NCBI GenBank assembly: GCA_964019335.1
Contig: OZ025722.1
Coordinates: 1 to 64,000 of the forward strand
Length of the DNA: 64,000 nucleotides
Direction of reading: 5' to 3'
Origin: Diplonema japonicum
Taxonomy: Eukaryota > Protista > Euglenozoa: Diplonemea
Shown: positions 43,250-54,522 of the stretch, in pieces
How positions within the stretch are numbered: the stretch's first letter is position 1
Layout: each line of letters begins with the position of its first letter
The notes under the pieces: generated by a model
The model's input: the letters and a program-made list of their open reading frames with translations, nothing else
Told to the model about the DNA's origin: nothing
Database searches by the model: none
Translations under genes and position numbers: made by a program

Positions 43250-43334
43250 TACAGGAGAGGCAAAAAAGAAAAAGGGGGGAGAACCTTATCTTATTCATAA
43301 AATACACTTTCCGGAAACAGTTCATTCTTAGGGA

Positions 43335-44207
43335 ATGGCATTGGCCACCAGACATGTGAACACGCCTCCGAGGGCACAGTGGAAGACAGCAGAAGAGGCA
43401 GTAGTGCGCTGCAAGGAGCTTGATGATGAAGTGTTGCAGATACGCATGGCGCTGCAACAGGCAAAGGAAGACGCGCAGCTGCACCATAAGACAGTGCATA
43501 CAGTTTCAGACTACACAAACCAGCAGCAGCAGCAGCAGGTGCAAGTACAGAAAGAGCAACGTGGCCTGCACTCAACCCAGCAGCAGCAGCAGCAGCAGCG
43601 GCAACCGTTTCTACAACCACATAAACAACCACAACAACAACAGCAGCAACAGAAGCAGCAGCAGCAACAACAACAACAGCAGCAGCAGAAGCAGCAACAA
43701 CCGCTCCTACAACCACAACAACAACAGCAGCAACAGAAGCAGCAGCATCAGCAACAACAGCAACGGCAACTTGAGAGTGCGGCCCTGCAAGCGGCCCATA
43801 AAGCAGAAGTGGCAACACTACAGGTGCAGGTGAAGGGTTTGACCAAGCAAGTGAGTCAGCTAACGCAACGAAACACCGAACTAGAGCATGCCTACGGGGA
43901 GTCCTTGGGCATGATACAGGCACTAGAAAACCTACTGAGAGAAAAAGAGCACCATCATGTCCCCCCTGCTTCAGTCCCAACTCCTGCCCCTGTCTCTCTT
44001 TCCCAGCCCGTTCATGTACATGCTGCACTGCCCTTCCCTGAAGCGGAGCCAGAGCCCCTGCGGCCCTTCCCCTCGTCGCCTGAGTGGCGCACTGAGGTGG
44101 AGAACATCACCGACAGACACCACAGCATGCTGCAGGCACTGAGCAGGTCTAAGTCAGGTCTCTCGAGGCGGCTGCGGAGCGGTGGCAATGGCGTGCTGAC
44201 AACGTAG
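43335..44207 (+). CDS. Hypothetical polyglutamine/coiled-coil protein
   Basis: 290-aa ORF with mixed CAG/CAA polyQ. Confidence 0.7.
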   Translation: MALATRHVNTPPRAQWKTAEEAVVRCKELDDEVLQIRMALQQAKEDAQLHHKTVHTVSDYTNQQQQQQVQVQKEQRGLHSTQQQQQQQRQPFLQPHKQPQQQQQQQKQQQQQQQQQQQKQQQPLLQPQQQQQQQKQQHQQQQQRQLESAALQAAHKAEVATLQVQVKGLTKQVSQLTQRNTELEHAYGESLGMIQALENLLREKEHHHVPPASVPTPAPVSLSQPVHVHAALPFPEAEPEPLRPFPSSPEWRTEVENITDRHHSMLQALSRSKSGLSRRLRSGGNGVLTT

Positions 44208-44338
44208 TTAAGTTAGATGCATTTTCTTTTTCTTTTCTTCTTCTTCTTCTTTACTGTAGAGTTATTCCAAATGCACCTGTCATGCCCGTCAACCCATCTA
44301 ACACAAAAGGCGACAAAAAAAAAAGAAGAAAAAAAAGA

Positions 44339-44806
44339 ATGGCCGAGGCAATTGCAAGCATGCTGACGAAGCTGGCGGAGGCCAACGATGAGAAGTACGC
44401 AGACAGCGAGCCGAGCTACTATGACGCGATGGAGGTCCCGCAGGTCACAGTGCTGGACATGCTGAAGAGATGGGCGAGATACAGCTACAGCCCGAATGAG
44501 GTGCTGGTGCTGGCGGCAGTGTACGTGGACCGTGCTGTGGAGGAGGGTGTAAGGGTGACATCACTGTCTGTCCACAGGGTGCTGCTGAGTGCGCTTGTTG
44601 TCGCCACAAAGTACCACTGCGATCAGGTCTACAACAACATGCACTACGCAAAGGTAGGTGGTGTTTCACCAAAGGAGCTGAACCGCTTGGAGACGGCCTT
44701 TATCACTGACCTGCAATGGACTCTGCACGTGGACCCTGAGACTTTTAACGCCACATGTAGATCACTTTCCAGGGCAGCAAAGAAGCTGAGGAGGCGTAGT
44801 TTGTAG
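44339..44806 (+). CDS. Pho80/PCL (CYC2/CYCU)-type cyclin
   Basis: LAAVYVDR, VHRVLLSALVVATKYHCDQVYNNMHYAKVGGVSPKELNRLE. Confidence 0.92.
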   Translation: MAEAIASMLTKLAEANDEKYADSEPSYYDAMEVPQVTVLDMLKRWARYSYSPNEVLVLAAVYVDRAVEEGVRVTSLSVHRVLLSALVVATKYHCDQVYNNMHYAKVGGVSPKELNRLETAFITDLQWTLHVDPETFNATCRSLSRAAKKLRRRSL

Positions 44807-47800
44807 AAGAGATGTTTTCTTGCAAATGCAAGGGCAGAGTGGGGATGGGGAAAAAAAAGAGCTGAGGCTAAACGAACCCCCTTTATTTGTACATGAACAA
44901 TAACAACAGCAACAACAACAACAAACACTATTTTAATACACTTTTTTTTTGACCCCGGATGCAATCTGCAAAAAGAAATAATCTAGAGAGGGGAGGGGGA
45001 AAGAAAAAAAAAATACCCCCTCCTTTTTCTATTGTGTGAGCACATGATCAGTGCTCCCCCCCCCCCCCCCCTTCTTCCAAATAATCAAAAACTTTTTTTT
45101 TCTTCTTTCTTTTTGGAGCTAGTTCTAACCTTAGCTAACCTGATTCTACCATGCCGCTTCGGTTTTTTGGTTGATAACTTTCTTCTTCTTTGAAAATCCT
45201 TTTTGTTTTTGTTTTTGTTTTTTTTTGTTTTTGTTTGTTTAAATATTTCACACGAAAAAAAAAAGAAGTTATTTCTGTCTTTGCACTTATTGCAACCTAC
45301 AAGTACTTCCCCCCCCCCCCCCCCCCCCCAGCCGGTGAGCGCAAAAACGCATACCTTAAAATAATAGTTTTTTTTTTCTTTGCTACCCGCAAAGGATTTT
45401 TCGTTGAGACAATCAAAAAAAGTAAAGAAAAAGAAAACACCCCCCCCCCCCCCCCGCAAACTCAAAGAAAACAATCCATTTATGGTTTGTTTTTTTTCTT
45501 TGCACTCAGACATTTTTATCATTTTTAAGAAAAAAAGAAAAACAAAGTCAGTTCGCCTGGCAATTATATCAACATCCCCCTCTCTCTCCTCTTTCTCTCC
45601 CTCCCTTTTTTCCCAAAGGTGAAAAATGTGACTTTCAACTTAAGTATTACCCTACTATAGGTACCCCTTGATGCAGTGCGGCCTGGCCCAACAGTGTCCT
45701 GAAGGTTTTCTTTTCTTTTTTTTTCTTCTTCTTTTTTTTTAGAAAAAAAGAGTCACACTACCCGAGCACAGTTTACAGATGAGCATTTGCATGGCACCCC
45801 CTCTGAGCTGGGCCTTTCGAAAAGAAAGCTGGGGGAAGAGGGGGACAAATGAAGTAAAGTGCTTGCCCCCTCCCCACCTTCCCTATTTTTGCCTTATCAC
45901 ACAGGTGATCATTGTTTCTTCCTTTTTTTAGCAAAAAGAACTTTTTTTTTTCTTTTTATGCTCCCCTCCCCCCTCCAGGAACATAGGCAGCGTGTTAACG
46001 GGGTATAAAATATAATTACAGGTTTCTACCCCACCGGCAACGAACAAACAACGGCCAGTTCCTCCCCCCCCCCCTCCCCTTTTTTTGTTACTTGATTTTA
46101 ATTTGTTTCTTTCGAAAAAAAAAAATGAACAAGAATACGGCATGGAAATGACGAAAAAAAAAAAAAAAGAAGAAATGAGTAGTCATTTTGGTATTTGGTC
46201 AATTATTTGAAGAAAGAAAGAAAAAAAAAGATGTCCGAAGGCAAGAACAATGGGCGGAGGTGGTGTGTTATTCCCCATTGGGCAAACAAACACCCCCCCC
46301 TCCCAAACTCTTTCCCTGAAATCTGAAAAAAAAAAGTACAAAGGGGGTCACGGACAAACAAAAAATAACGGCCATGCGACTCCCCCCCTACCCTCGCAGG
46401 AAGATATAATTGTAGTGCCTCTTCTGAAGAAAAGAAGGAATAATGGGGAGATGAAACGAAAAAAAAAAAAAAAAAGCTTTTTTTTTGAGATTAATGCACA
46501 TTAGTGCCGTGGGAGGCAGAGTCCATTCCCCCCCCCTTTTTTTTCTCCTCATCTGATTCCTCTTTCCTGCACTCCCCCCAGCCATACAATCAGAGCAGTT
46601 TTAGTAGGTTAAACATTGCCACTGTTGATGAATACCCCCCCTGCTTTTTTTTTGAACCCACGTTACTAGTAAATGGCTGCGAGCAAGGATACCATCCAAG
46701 CTAAAAAAGTGGGAAAAAAAATACCCCCCCCCCAATTCGGGGGAGGAAACATAATAAAATATAAAGAACTTAAAGATCAGGTGGATAACATACCTCCCCT
46801 GTCGCCCCCCCCCCCCCTTTTTTTGTTCCCCCTCTTTTTTTTTTTTAGGGTGGCTAACAGATTCCAAAGTCTTTCTGGCTTAGGTCTCCGAGTGCCCCTT
46901 TCGACGACTTCCCCCTAATTTTTACGAATGGGGGCGGTCGGCATTTCTACTAGTAAATAGCAAAACAGAACCCCCCTCCCCACCCATATTTCAATCTCTT
47001 CTTATCTCATAGTCTTTTTTTTTTCTTCTTTTTTTTTTCTTCTAGTCTTGCACTTTGTGGGTGGCTTGAAGAAAAAAAAAAAAAAAAAAAGAGAGACAGT
47101 ATGCGATTTATTTTTCACTTTTTTTTCTTCTTCTTTCCTTTTTTTTTTTGTAGCTGTACGTAAGTGATTAGACACTAGCTGTGTAGCTTCTGTTCTTTTC
47201 GTTCCCCCTCTTTTTTTTTCTTTTCCTCCAATAGTCCTTTATTATTCCCAGATACCCCACTTAATCACACTAATTTTCTTTTCTTCGCACTGATTTAAAA
47301 AAAAAAAAAAAAAAAAAGAAAAAAAAGGAAGAGAGGAAAAGAGAAAACCCTCTATTAGTGTGATTCCCCTCAATGTTCGCTTGATCATTACACCAACTAA
47401 CTCCTCCCCCCCCCCCCTTTAAACCTATTCTTTTTAACGAAAGACCCATTTACTTATTTGCTGCAAAAACGGAGAGGGAAAAAAAAGAGAAAAGAGAAAA
47501 AAAAATCGAAAGACCAGAAGGAGAGGTTTCGTCTTTGATGCAACCCAAGAGCTGTAAAAAAAAAAAAAAAAAAAAAAGACTTCTTTTTTTTTTTGTTGGT
47601 CTGATTTTCTTCTTCTTCTTTTTTCCCTTCGTTGTTCAGTGGTATTTGATTTTTGAAAAAAAAAAAAGAAAAAAAAAAAACCCCCAATAAAAAAAAAACA
47701 AGAAATACAGTCAAAAGGTTGTTGTTGTTGTTGTTGTTGTTGTTAGCCATGTACCCCCAGCCTACCCTCTTTCCTTTTCTCCTGGCGGGAAAAAAAAAAA

Positions 47801-49374
47801 AGAAAAAAAGAAGAAGAAATATCATCTTCCGTAATTTTCCCCAACTGCCCTTATTGCACAAAAAGAAGAAAACAGAAGTGTAGAAACGAATCTTTTTTTT
47901 TTTTCTCTCCAAGAAGAAAAAAGAAAAAAAAAGGAAATCGTTCCATGGAGCATAATATCACGCACTTTAGTTCCCCTTCCCCTCCCTCCCCTCCCTCCCC
48001 TCCCCCCCGCCCCCTTTTTTTTTTGCTACACCTACTATTATTGCTTTAAAAAAAAAAAGGAACTTCAGACCAACACCAAGCAAGGAGAGTAGAAGGTACA
48101 ATGGAAAAGGGTAAAGTCCCCCCCCTCCCCCCCTTATGAAGTCCCCCCCCCCCCCTTTTTCTTAGGTGTGGGGAGGGGGCAAGAAAAGAAAAGAGTAAAG
48201 AAAAAAAAGATTAAAAATTTCACAATTCGTTGGCCTGAGACATTCCTTTTGTCAACAACGGGCCTCAGGGCAACTTGACGGGGAGGGAGGTCATAAAAAC
48301 ACCATATTTCTTGATTTGTTGTATTTCGCCCGGCGAAAGACAAGAAAGAAAAAAAAAGAAGAAAAAAGAATGAAAAAAAAAAGTAGACCATTCCCCTTTT
48401 CTCCTTTCCTATTTTTTTTTTTGTCCCTTGAGGGTAGTGGGAAAAAAAAAAAAATAAAAAAATAAAAACACAACGAAATTTTTAAACAGATTTTTTTTTT
48501 CTTTCAAGATTTGATCTTGACTCTCCCTCCTTCCCTTTCAGTTTCATTTAGATGAAAGTAGGATATTTTTTTATTCCCCCCCCTTTTTTTCCCTCTTTTT
48601 TTCTGCCTTTGTTACTGTACAAAAAAAATGGGGAAAGAAAGAAAAAAAAAACCACCATATTTTAGAAGGATTTTATGAGAGATGGTTTCTCCCCCCCCCC
48701 CCCCCCCTCCCTCCCTGGAACCACTTTAGTAATCCATTTCTCCATTTTTTCTTTTTTTATGTCTTCCAAAATCTTCTTCTTCAAATTACCTCTTTCCTTC
48801 CTTACCCCCCTGTACTTTGGCGGCTCACAGTACCAACAGTAACAAAACCCCCCAGTATGTAGAGAGCCAAAAAAAAAAAATAATAATAATAAATAAATTG
48901 CCATGTGCAGGATGGAAGGAAGGAAAGGGGGAAGAGGCCATTATCCATTTATATATTTTTACCCGCCCCCTCTCTGTGCATGCAATCTAAGTGCATTCCT
49001 TCATACTTGGTTCCATGACGCACTGTGCGTCCTCTCTGCTTCTTGGCCACATCCAAGAGACTTTGGGTCACGTGCTTATTTTCTCTCTCCTTCCCCTCGG
49101 CGCACCACCCTCCCCTTTTTTTTTAAACTTATCTCTTCCCTTTGTAAGAACGGGTCTTTTGACCTGTCTTAACAACAACAAGGGCCGTTGGAAATGTGCG
49201 TCCCCCCCCCCCCCCCCCCCCCCCTCCTTCTTTTTTCTTTCCTCTCCGGGTTTATAATTTTCTTCCTCTTATACCCCAGCACGCGTACAAACAACCTTCC
49301 TCTTTTTTTTCTCTTTTTTTTTACTATTATTCTTACTGTAACGGGGAAAAAAACTGGGGGGAAGAATGAAAAAA

Positions 49375-49412
<38 letters not shown>

Positions 49413-52092
49413 ACTATCGATTTATAAAAAAATATCAACCTGGGCCAGTCTTGCAATTTTGTGCTATGCTTCATGGCTTTCTGGTGCGGATGCGGCTGAA
49501 CTCGAAGAACTCCCTGAGGAACCTGGGTGCACCAGCGACGCATGGCCACGACAAGAGACCTTTGTTCTCGTCCACCGAGTGATGTTCTTACCGCAGATGC
49601 CATCCATGACTGAAAGGCGAACCCCAGGATGCAACAGCAGAATGGTGACAGGCACGTGTAGGATCCCCTGTCCACGGTGGGCACCAACCATGGCACAAAT
49701 ACCGCAAAAACTTGTTGATTTTCTGGACGCTTTTCTCTGGCGAACCATTCACAAAATCTGCAGAAAAAAAAAAAGAAAAAAAAAAAAAAACATGAGGGGA
49801 AAAAAAAAAAAAAAAAAGCACTTTATTTTCCCTAGGAAAAAAAAAAATATGGAAAACTCTATTTTTCCCGGTTCTAGCCAAAAATCCCCCTTAGAGGGAA
49901 TCCAGAAAAAACTTTTTTTTTGGGGCAAAATAATTCTTCTATATTCCAGTTTTTTCCCCCCCAATACGTGTCCCCTCCTCCCCCCTTCATTTTTTTTTTC
50001 CATGGCACCCGAAAGGAGCGCTTAGGAACCCCCTTCACTAGAAAAACAAAAAAAAAGAGAAAAAAAAAAAACAAAGAAACAAGTTGTAAGATGGCATCTT
50101 TCACGAAATTTTGATGATTTTTAAAAAAGAAAAGAAAATAAGAAAGAAAATAAAGGGGGGGTACGCCGATTCCCCCCTTCCCCTACTGCACTAGAGAGTT
50201 CTTTGTGACGGTGTTACCCATTGTCTTCCTGTGGAGAAGAAGAGATGGAAGGAAACAATGGCAACACCAAGATGTTCTCTATCCCTGCACCCTTTTCTTT
50301 TCTCTTTCCATTTCAGAAGAAAAGAAAATAGCATTCCTTTAATTGATATTAGTGTCCCCCCCCCATATTTATTTAGCAATATGCAAACAAAAAAATCCAG
50401 TAATTTTTTGATTTTCTACTGCCCTCCCCCCCCGTTCTTAATTATTTTTTCTTCATTCCTTTTACATTCTCCCCCTTTCAAACTGTTTTCAGCAGTTTAC
50501 GGACACACGCAACAAAAAAAAAAAGAAAAAAAAAAGATTGTTTCTTTAAAAAAAGAAGAAAACCAACGTTATTGCAAAACTATTTTGAAGGGCTTACCAC
50601 TTCAACAGTTCTGCTTTTTGGCGAGTTCTTTGCTTTTTTTTTTTTTTCCATTCCTCTTTCCCCCACGTTCGCCTCAAGGTAGATTTTATTTCTCTTCTCA
50701 GCAGCCATTAACCAAACTAAAGAAAAGAGGAAAGAAAGGAGAAAAAGAAAGAAAAAAAAGAGACACATGTGTGCATAGCTACCATACTTCTAAGAAGGGC
50801 AGGGTCAGGGGAAATTTAAAAAAAAAAAATCCAAGTTGCCCAAGTGCCAAGGTAAGCACAATTATACACAAGTTGTTCTTTTTTGTTGTTTTTTTTTTTG
50901 TTTTTTTTTTCCCGTCCGTGCGCACCAATGCCGCCGAACTATTCCTCCTTTTCTGTCACTTTTTGTTCTCTGATTTATTTACCCCCCCCCCTTTCTTTTT
51001 AACATCTAAATTATTTTTAAGAGCAGTTAGGCAACAGAGTGGCGGGAAAGAAAAAAACGATAAGAAAAAAAAAGAAAGGGAAGGCAGAATGAAGAGGAAG
51101 ACGCTGTTCGTTCACCTTCTCCCCCCCTCCCTCTTCATTTTTCCCCCCCCCATTCTTTTCATTCCCCTCCACTCTTTAACTTGCCAAACCGTTATCCCTC
51201 TTAACTACTACCGTCTAAGCAAAAAAAGAGATGCCACATCCAAAAAAAAAAAAAAAAAAAAAAAAAAAAACGAAGAAAAAAAACTTTCCTAAATGAAAGG
51301 GCTTGGTCACTAGCTTATGGATAGGCCACTGTTCCTTTCAAGCAAAGATGCAACTACTCTCCTCTTTTTCTCTTGTTTTTTTTTTTCCCCTCCTTCTGTC
51401 CTTGTTAGGTCCGAATGCCCTCTTTTTTTATTTTACCTTTTCTAGTGCTGTTGAGGCTTCTTGAGTCATTCTGGCACGGAAGTAGCACCAGAAGAAGAAG
51501 AAAAAAAAAAAGGGGGTGGGGCAGGGTAAACTATTGCCAACTTGTTACTGTTAGGTTGGCAAGAAACGAAAACTACCCCAACAAACAATTACCCAGACAA
51601 CTCGGAAATGGAAGCAAAAATACCCCCTTTCTCCCTTTTTTTCTTTGTTTCTTCTTCACCCCGAACTGAAGGGGGAACAAAAAAAGCGTACAGCTAACAT
51701 GTAGAAAGTTGGGGGAGAAAAAAAAAAGGAAGAGCGGGGGCGAAAAAGATTGAAACATAGAAAAAAAATTCCTTCTTTTTCTCCTCCCCTTTTCTGTCCT
51801 CCTTCTTGCCTATACACGCGGACTTCGGTCTAATCTGCCCCCCTCTGGTTTTTTTCTCACCCCCTCCTCTCCCCCCATCTTGTACTCCCTTATACCTTCT
51901 TCCTTTGTTTCTTGCTCACAAGTGCTGTGATTTCTTTTTTTTTTTTATCCTTAGTTTGCCCTTTTTTTTTATTTGTTCTTCTTTTTTTTTTTCTCTTTTA
52001 TTCCTTGCCAAAAAAAAAAAAAAAGAAAAAAAAAAAAAAAAAAAAAGTGAAGCTATTTTTCGCAAACATAAAAAGGGGAAAAGAAAAAAAAA

Positions 52093-54432
52093 ATGGAGAT
52101 GTCGACGGACGAGGAGCGGCGGCGAGTAGACAGCAACTGCAGCAATGTGTTTGTGCACCTAACCGCAAAGGAGAAGGAGCTGAGGGAGAAGGAGAACCTC
52201 ATCACAGAGGCACGGGACAAGATTGTGGAGATGGACGAGTTCAGGAGGCAGCTCGAGGTGCATGCTCAGGAGCTCGTTCTGAAGGAATCCAACCTCCGTG
52301 AGCGCGAGCGCCTGCACGGGTGGATTGACTCACGGGAGGACGCACTTTTAGTGAACGAGCAGAAGCTTGCAGAACTGGAACACAGCCTCAACGACCGCCA
52401 AGGCGCAGTAATGATGAAGGAGAAGGAGATCGAGGCGGAAAGCGCTGTACGTCTCCAACAGTACGAAAGCATGATCGCACCGCTGACCGATAGGGAAGCA
52501 CGCTGCCTGCACCACGAGCAGGAAATCCACCAACTCGAACTCCGCACACAAAACCACGCCAAGGCAGAGGCTCAACGCCTGAACGAAATAAACACCGCCA
52601 CGCAAGCTTGGGAAGAGAAAGTGAAGACACACCAAAGGGCTGCCGCTAGCATCCAACGCTCGATGGAGGCGAAGGAGGCAGAGCTCGATGCACTGCGCGA
52701 GGAAATGCTCAACGATCAGAAAAGCCACAAGAAGAAAATGGAAGAACTGGAACAGCGTGCACGCACCGTCGAGTGGAAGGAGAAGGAAGTCGTGCAGCAG
52801 CTCCAAAACTGCCTCGAGAAGGAGACAGCACTGCGCAAGGCAGGTGACGACCTGTACCGAAAGGAGGAGGAGCTGAACCACCGAGAGGCAACCACGCAGC
52901 AGCAGTTCACGATCATCGAAGAGCAGCAGGTGCAGATAAAGGCAAGCAAGCGTCGCGTCATCACCGCCGACGAAGAGGTCACCGTCAAGATCGACATGTT
53001 GAAACGATACGACGCAAAGCTCAAAGACCAGGCGGTGGATCTGGATGCACGCCAGGCAGCACTACAACAACAAGAGTGCGCGGTCGGTGAGAAGCAAGCC
53101 TTCTTAGAAGACGCCACTCGAAAGTGCTCCACAACGCAGGCTAAGCTCGACAAGCAGATGGGCACCTACAACAAGAAGGTGAAGTACGTGAGCACCTTGG
53201 AGAAGGACCTTGTGAAGTGGCTGCGTGTCGTGAAGTGGAAGGAGGACACTATCCAAAAATCGATAGACGCAAGTTCCTTCTCCCTCGTCTTCCCCCAACA
53301 GGAGGTCACGTGCAGGAACAACGCTGTGGTGGCGCACGAACTGCAAAGCATACAACGCCAGTACAGAGGATCCACGCTCAAGAAGGCACCTAAGCGAAAG
53401 AAAGCACAGCAGGAGGACATCTTCGACGATACACTACAACATACAAAGGAAATCACCGAGCTCGAAGCACGTTGCAGTGCAGAGGCTGTTCGTCTGGCCG
53501 ACTACCTGTCGCAGCACCAAGCAGTTGACGAGAAGCTTGCTGACCTCCCCATCAGCTCGAAGGACCCTGCGCTTCACCTGCCACAGGACGTCGAGCTTTT
53601 CCAAAAGCTCACGGAAGCCAACCAGCAAGAACTTAAGACGTGCCTCACGAAGGAGAGGGGGCTGACCTCTGAGCTCGTCTTCCTGAAGTCCATGTACAGA
53701 GCGCCCCTCTTTAAGAGACTCAATTCGGAATCGGATGCAATGGTTATCAAAAGCATGGAGGTCTGGTACACGCAGTGCAGGAAGCGCCTTAGCCTCAGGT
53801 ACAAAGACGTGCTCAATGAAAGGGCTTCGCTGCTGCGAGGCGCTGTGGGCATCTTCCAGCGGAACACGAAGCTGGACCCGTGCTTGGCTCAGAGGAAGGA
53901 CCTTGTGGTGAAAAAGGGCGCGCCTTCCCCAGCCTCGCTGGTGTCGTCGCCTAGCTGTCTAGTTAAGAAGCGTGTACCCGCACCTTCGCCCAAAATAAGC
54001 ACGAAGAAACCGCCTGCTCGTGCGCCAAAGCTAGCGCCCATTGACACTGTGCTGACGAAGGTGCGTGTCAAACCCGTGCCTCACGACAAGGAGGTGAATT
54101 ACTTGACGCATTACTTAACGCTGCCCCCCCCTGTGGTACCTGGTGTGGACAACGCGGTAGAAACCCTTGACTGGAGTATCGATGACCGCCCTTCCTCACC
54201 CTGCTCTGCAACGACGGATGGTGAGGATGTGTGCGATGCAGCGCCGGGACAGCAGCTGAAGTCCGAGTCACGCCCTGCTTCGTCAGGCGGTCTTATCCCG
54301 CCACCCACACCGCCCGCACATGTGCCCGAGACTGATAGTTACAGAAACGGCACTATGGAGGAACAAAAGGCCGAATGCAGCGACAGCACCGGCTCGCAAA
54401 GCTCACGTAGTTATACAGGAAGCGAGGACTAG
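52093..54432 (+). CDS. Hypothetical long coiled-coil protein
   Basis: 779-aa ORF, E/K/R/Q-rich heptads, Pro/Ser-rich tail. Confidence 0.82.
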   Translation: MEMSTDEERRRVDSNCSNVFVHLTAKEKELREKENLITEARDKIVEMDEFRRQLEVHAQELVLKESNLRERERLHGWIDSREDALLVNEQKLAELEHSLNDRQGAVMMKEKEIEAESAVRLQQYESMIAPLTDREARCLHHEQEIHQLELRTQNHAKAEAQRLNEINTATQAWEEKVKTHQRAAASIQRSMEAKEAELDALREEMLNDQKSHKKKMEELEQRARTVEWKEKEVVQQLQNCLEKETALRKAGDDLYRKEEELNHREATTQQQFTIIEEQQVQIKASKRRVITADEEVTVKIDMLKRYDAKLKDQAVDLDARQAALQQQECAVGEKQAFLEDATRKCSTTQAKLDKQMGTYNKKVKYVSTLEKDLVKWLRVVKWKEDTIQKSIDASSFSLVFPQQEVTCRNNAVVAHELQSIQRQYRGSTLKKAPKRKKAQQEDIFDDTLQHTKEITELEARCSAEAVRLADYLSQHQAVDEKLADLPISSKDPALHLPQDVELFQKLTEANQQELKTCLTKERGLTSELVFLKSMYRAPLFKRLNSESDAMVIKSMEVWYTQCRKRLSLRYKDVLNERASLLRGAVGIFQRNTKLDPCLAQRKDLVVKKGAPSPASLVSSPSCLVKKRVPAPSPKISTKKPPARAPKLAPIDTVLTKVRVKPVPHDKEVNYLTHYLTLPPPVVPGVDNAVETLDWSIDDRPSSPCSATTDGEDVCDAAPGQQLKSESRPASSGGLIPPPTPPAHVPETDSYRNGTMEEQKAECSDSTGSQSSRSYTGSED

Positions 54433-54522
54433 CTTTTTTTCAGCTTTCTTTTACAAGAAGCGTACCGTTCACAAAAAAAAAGAAAAAAAGAGGACCGTCT
54501 GTTGACTTACCGCACCGCAGGG

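Noticed and set aside
43211-43331. Intron joining the 41978 and 43335 ORFs
   Set aside because: Possible in frame, but the donor (GTCACT) is weak and there is no independent support
50231-51292. 353-aa ORF
   Set aside because: K/F/P homopolymer translation with no coding character
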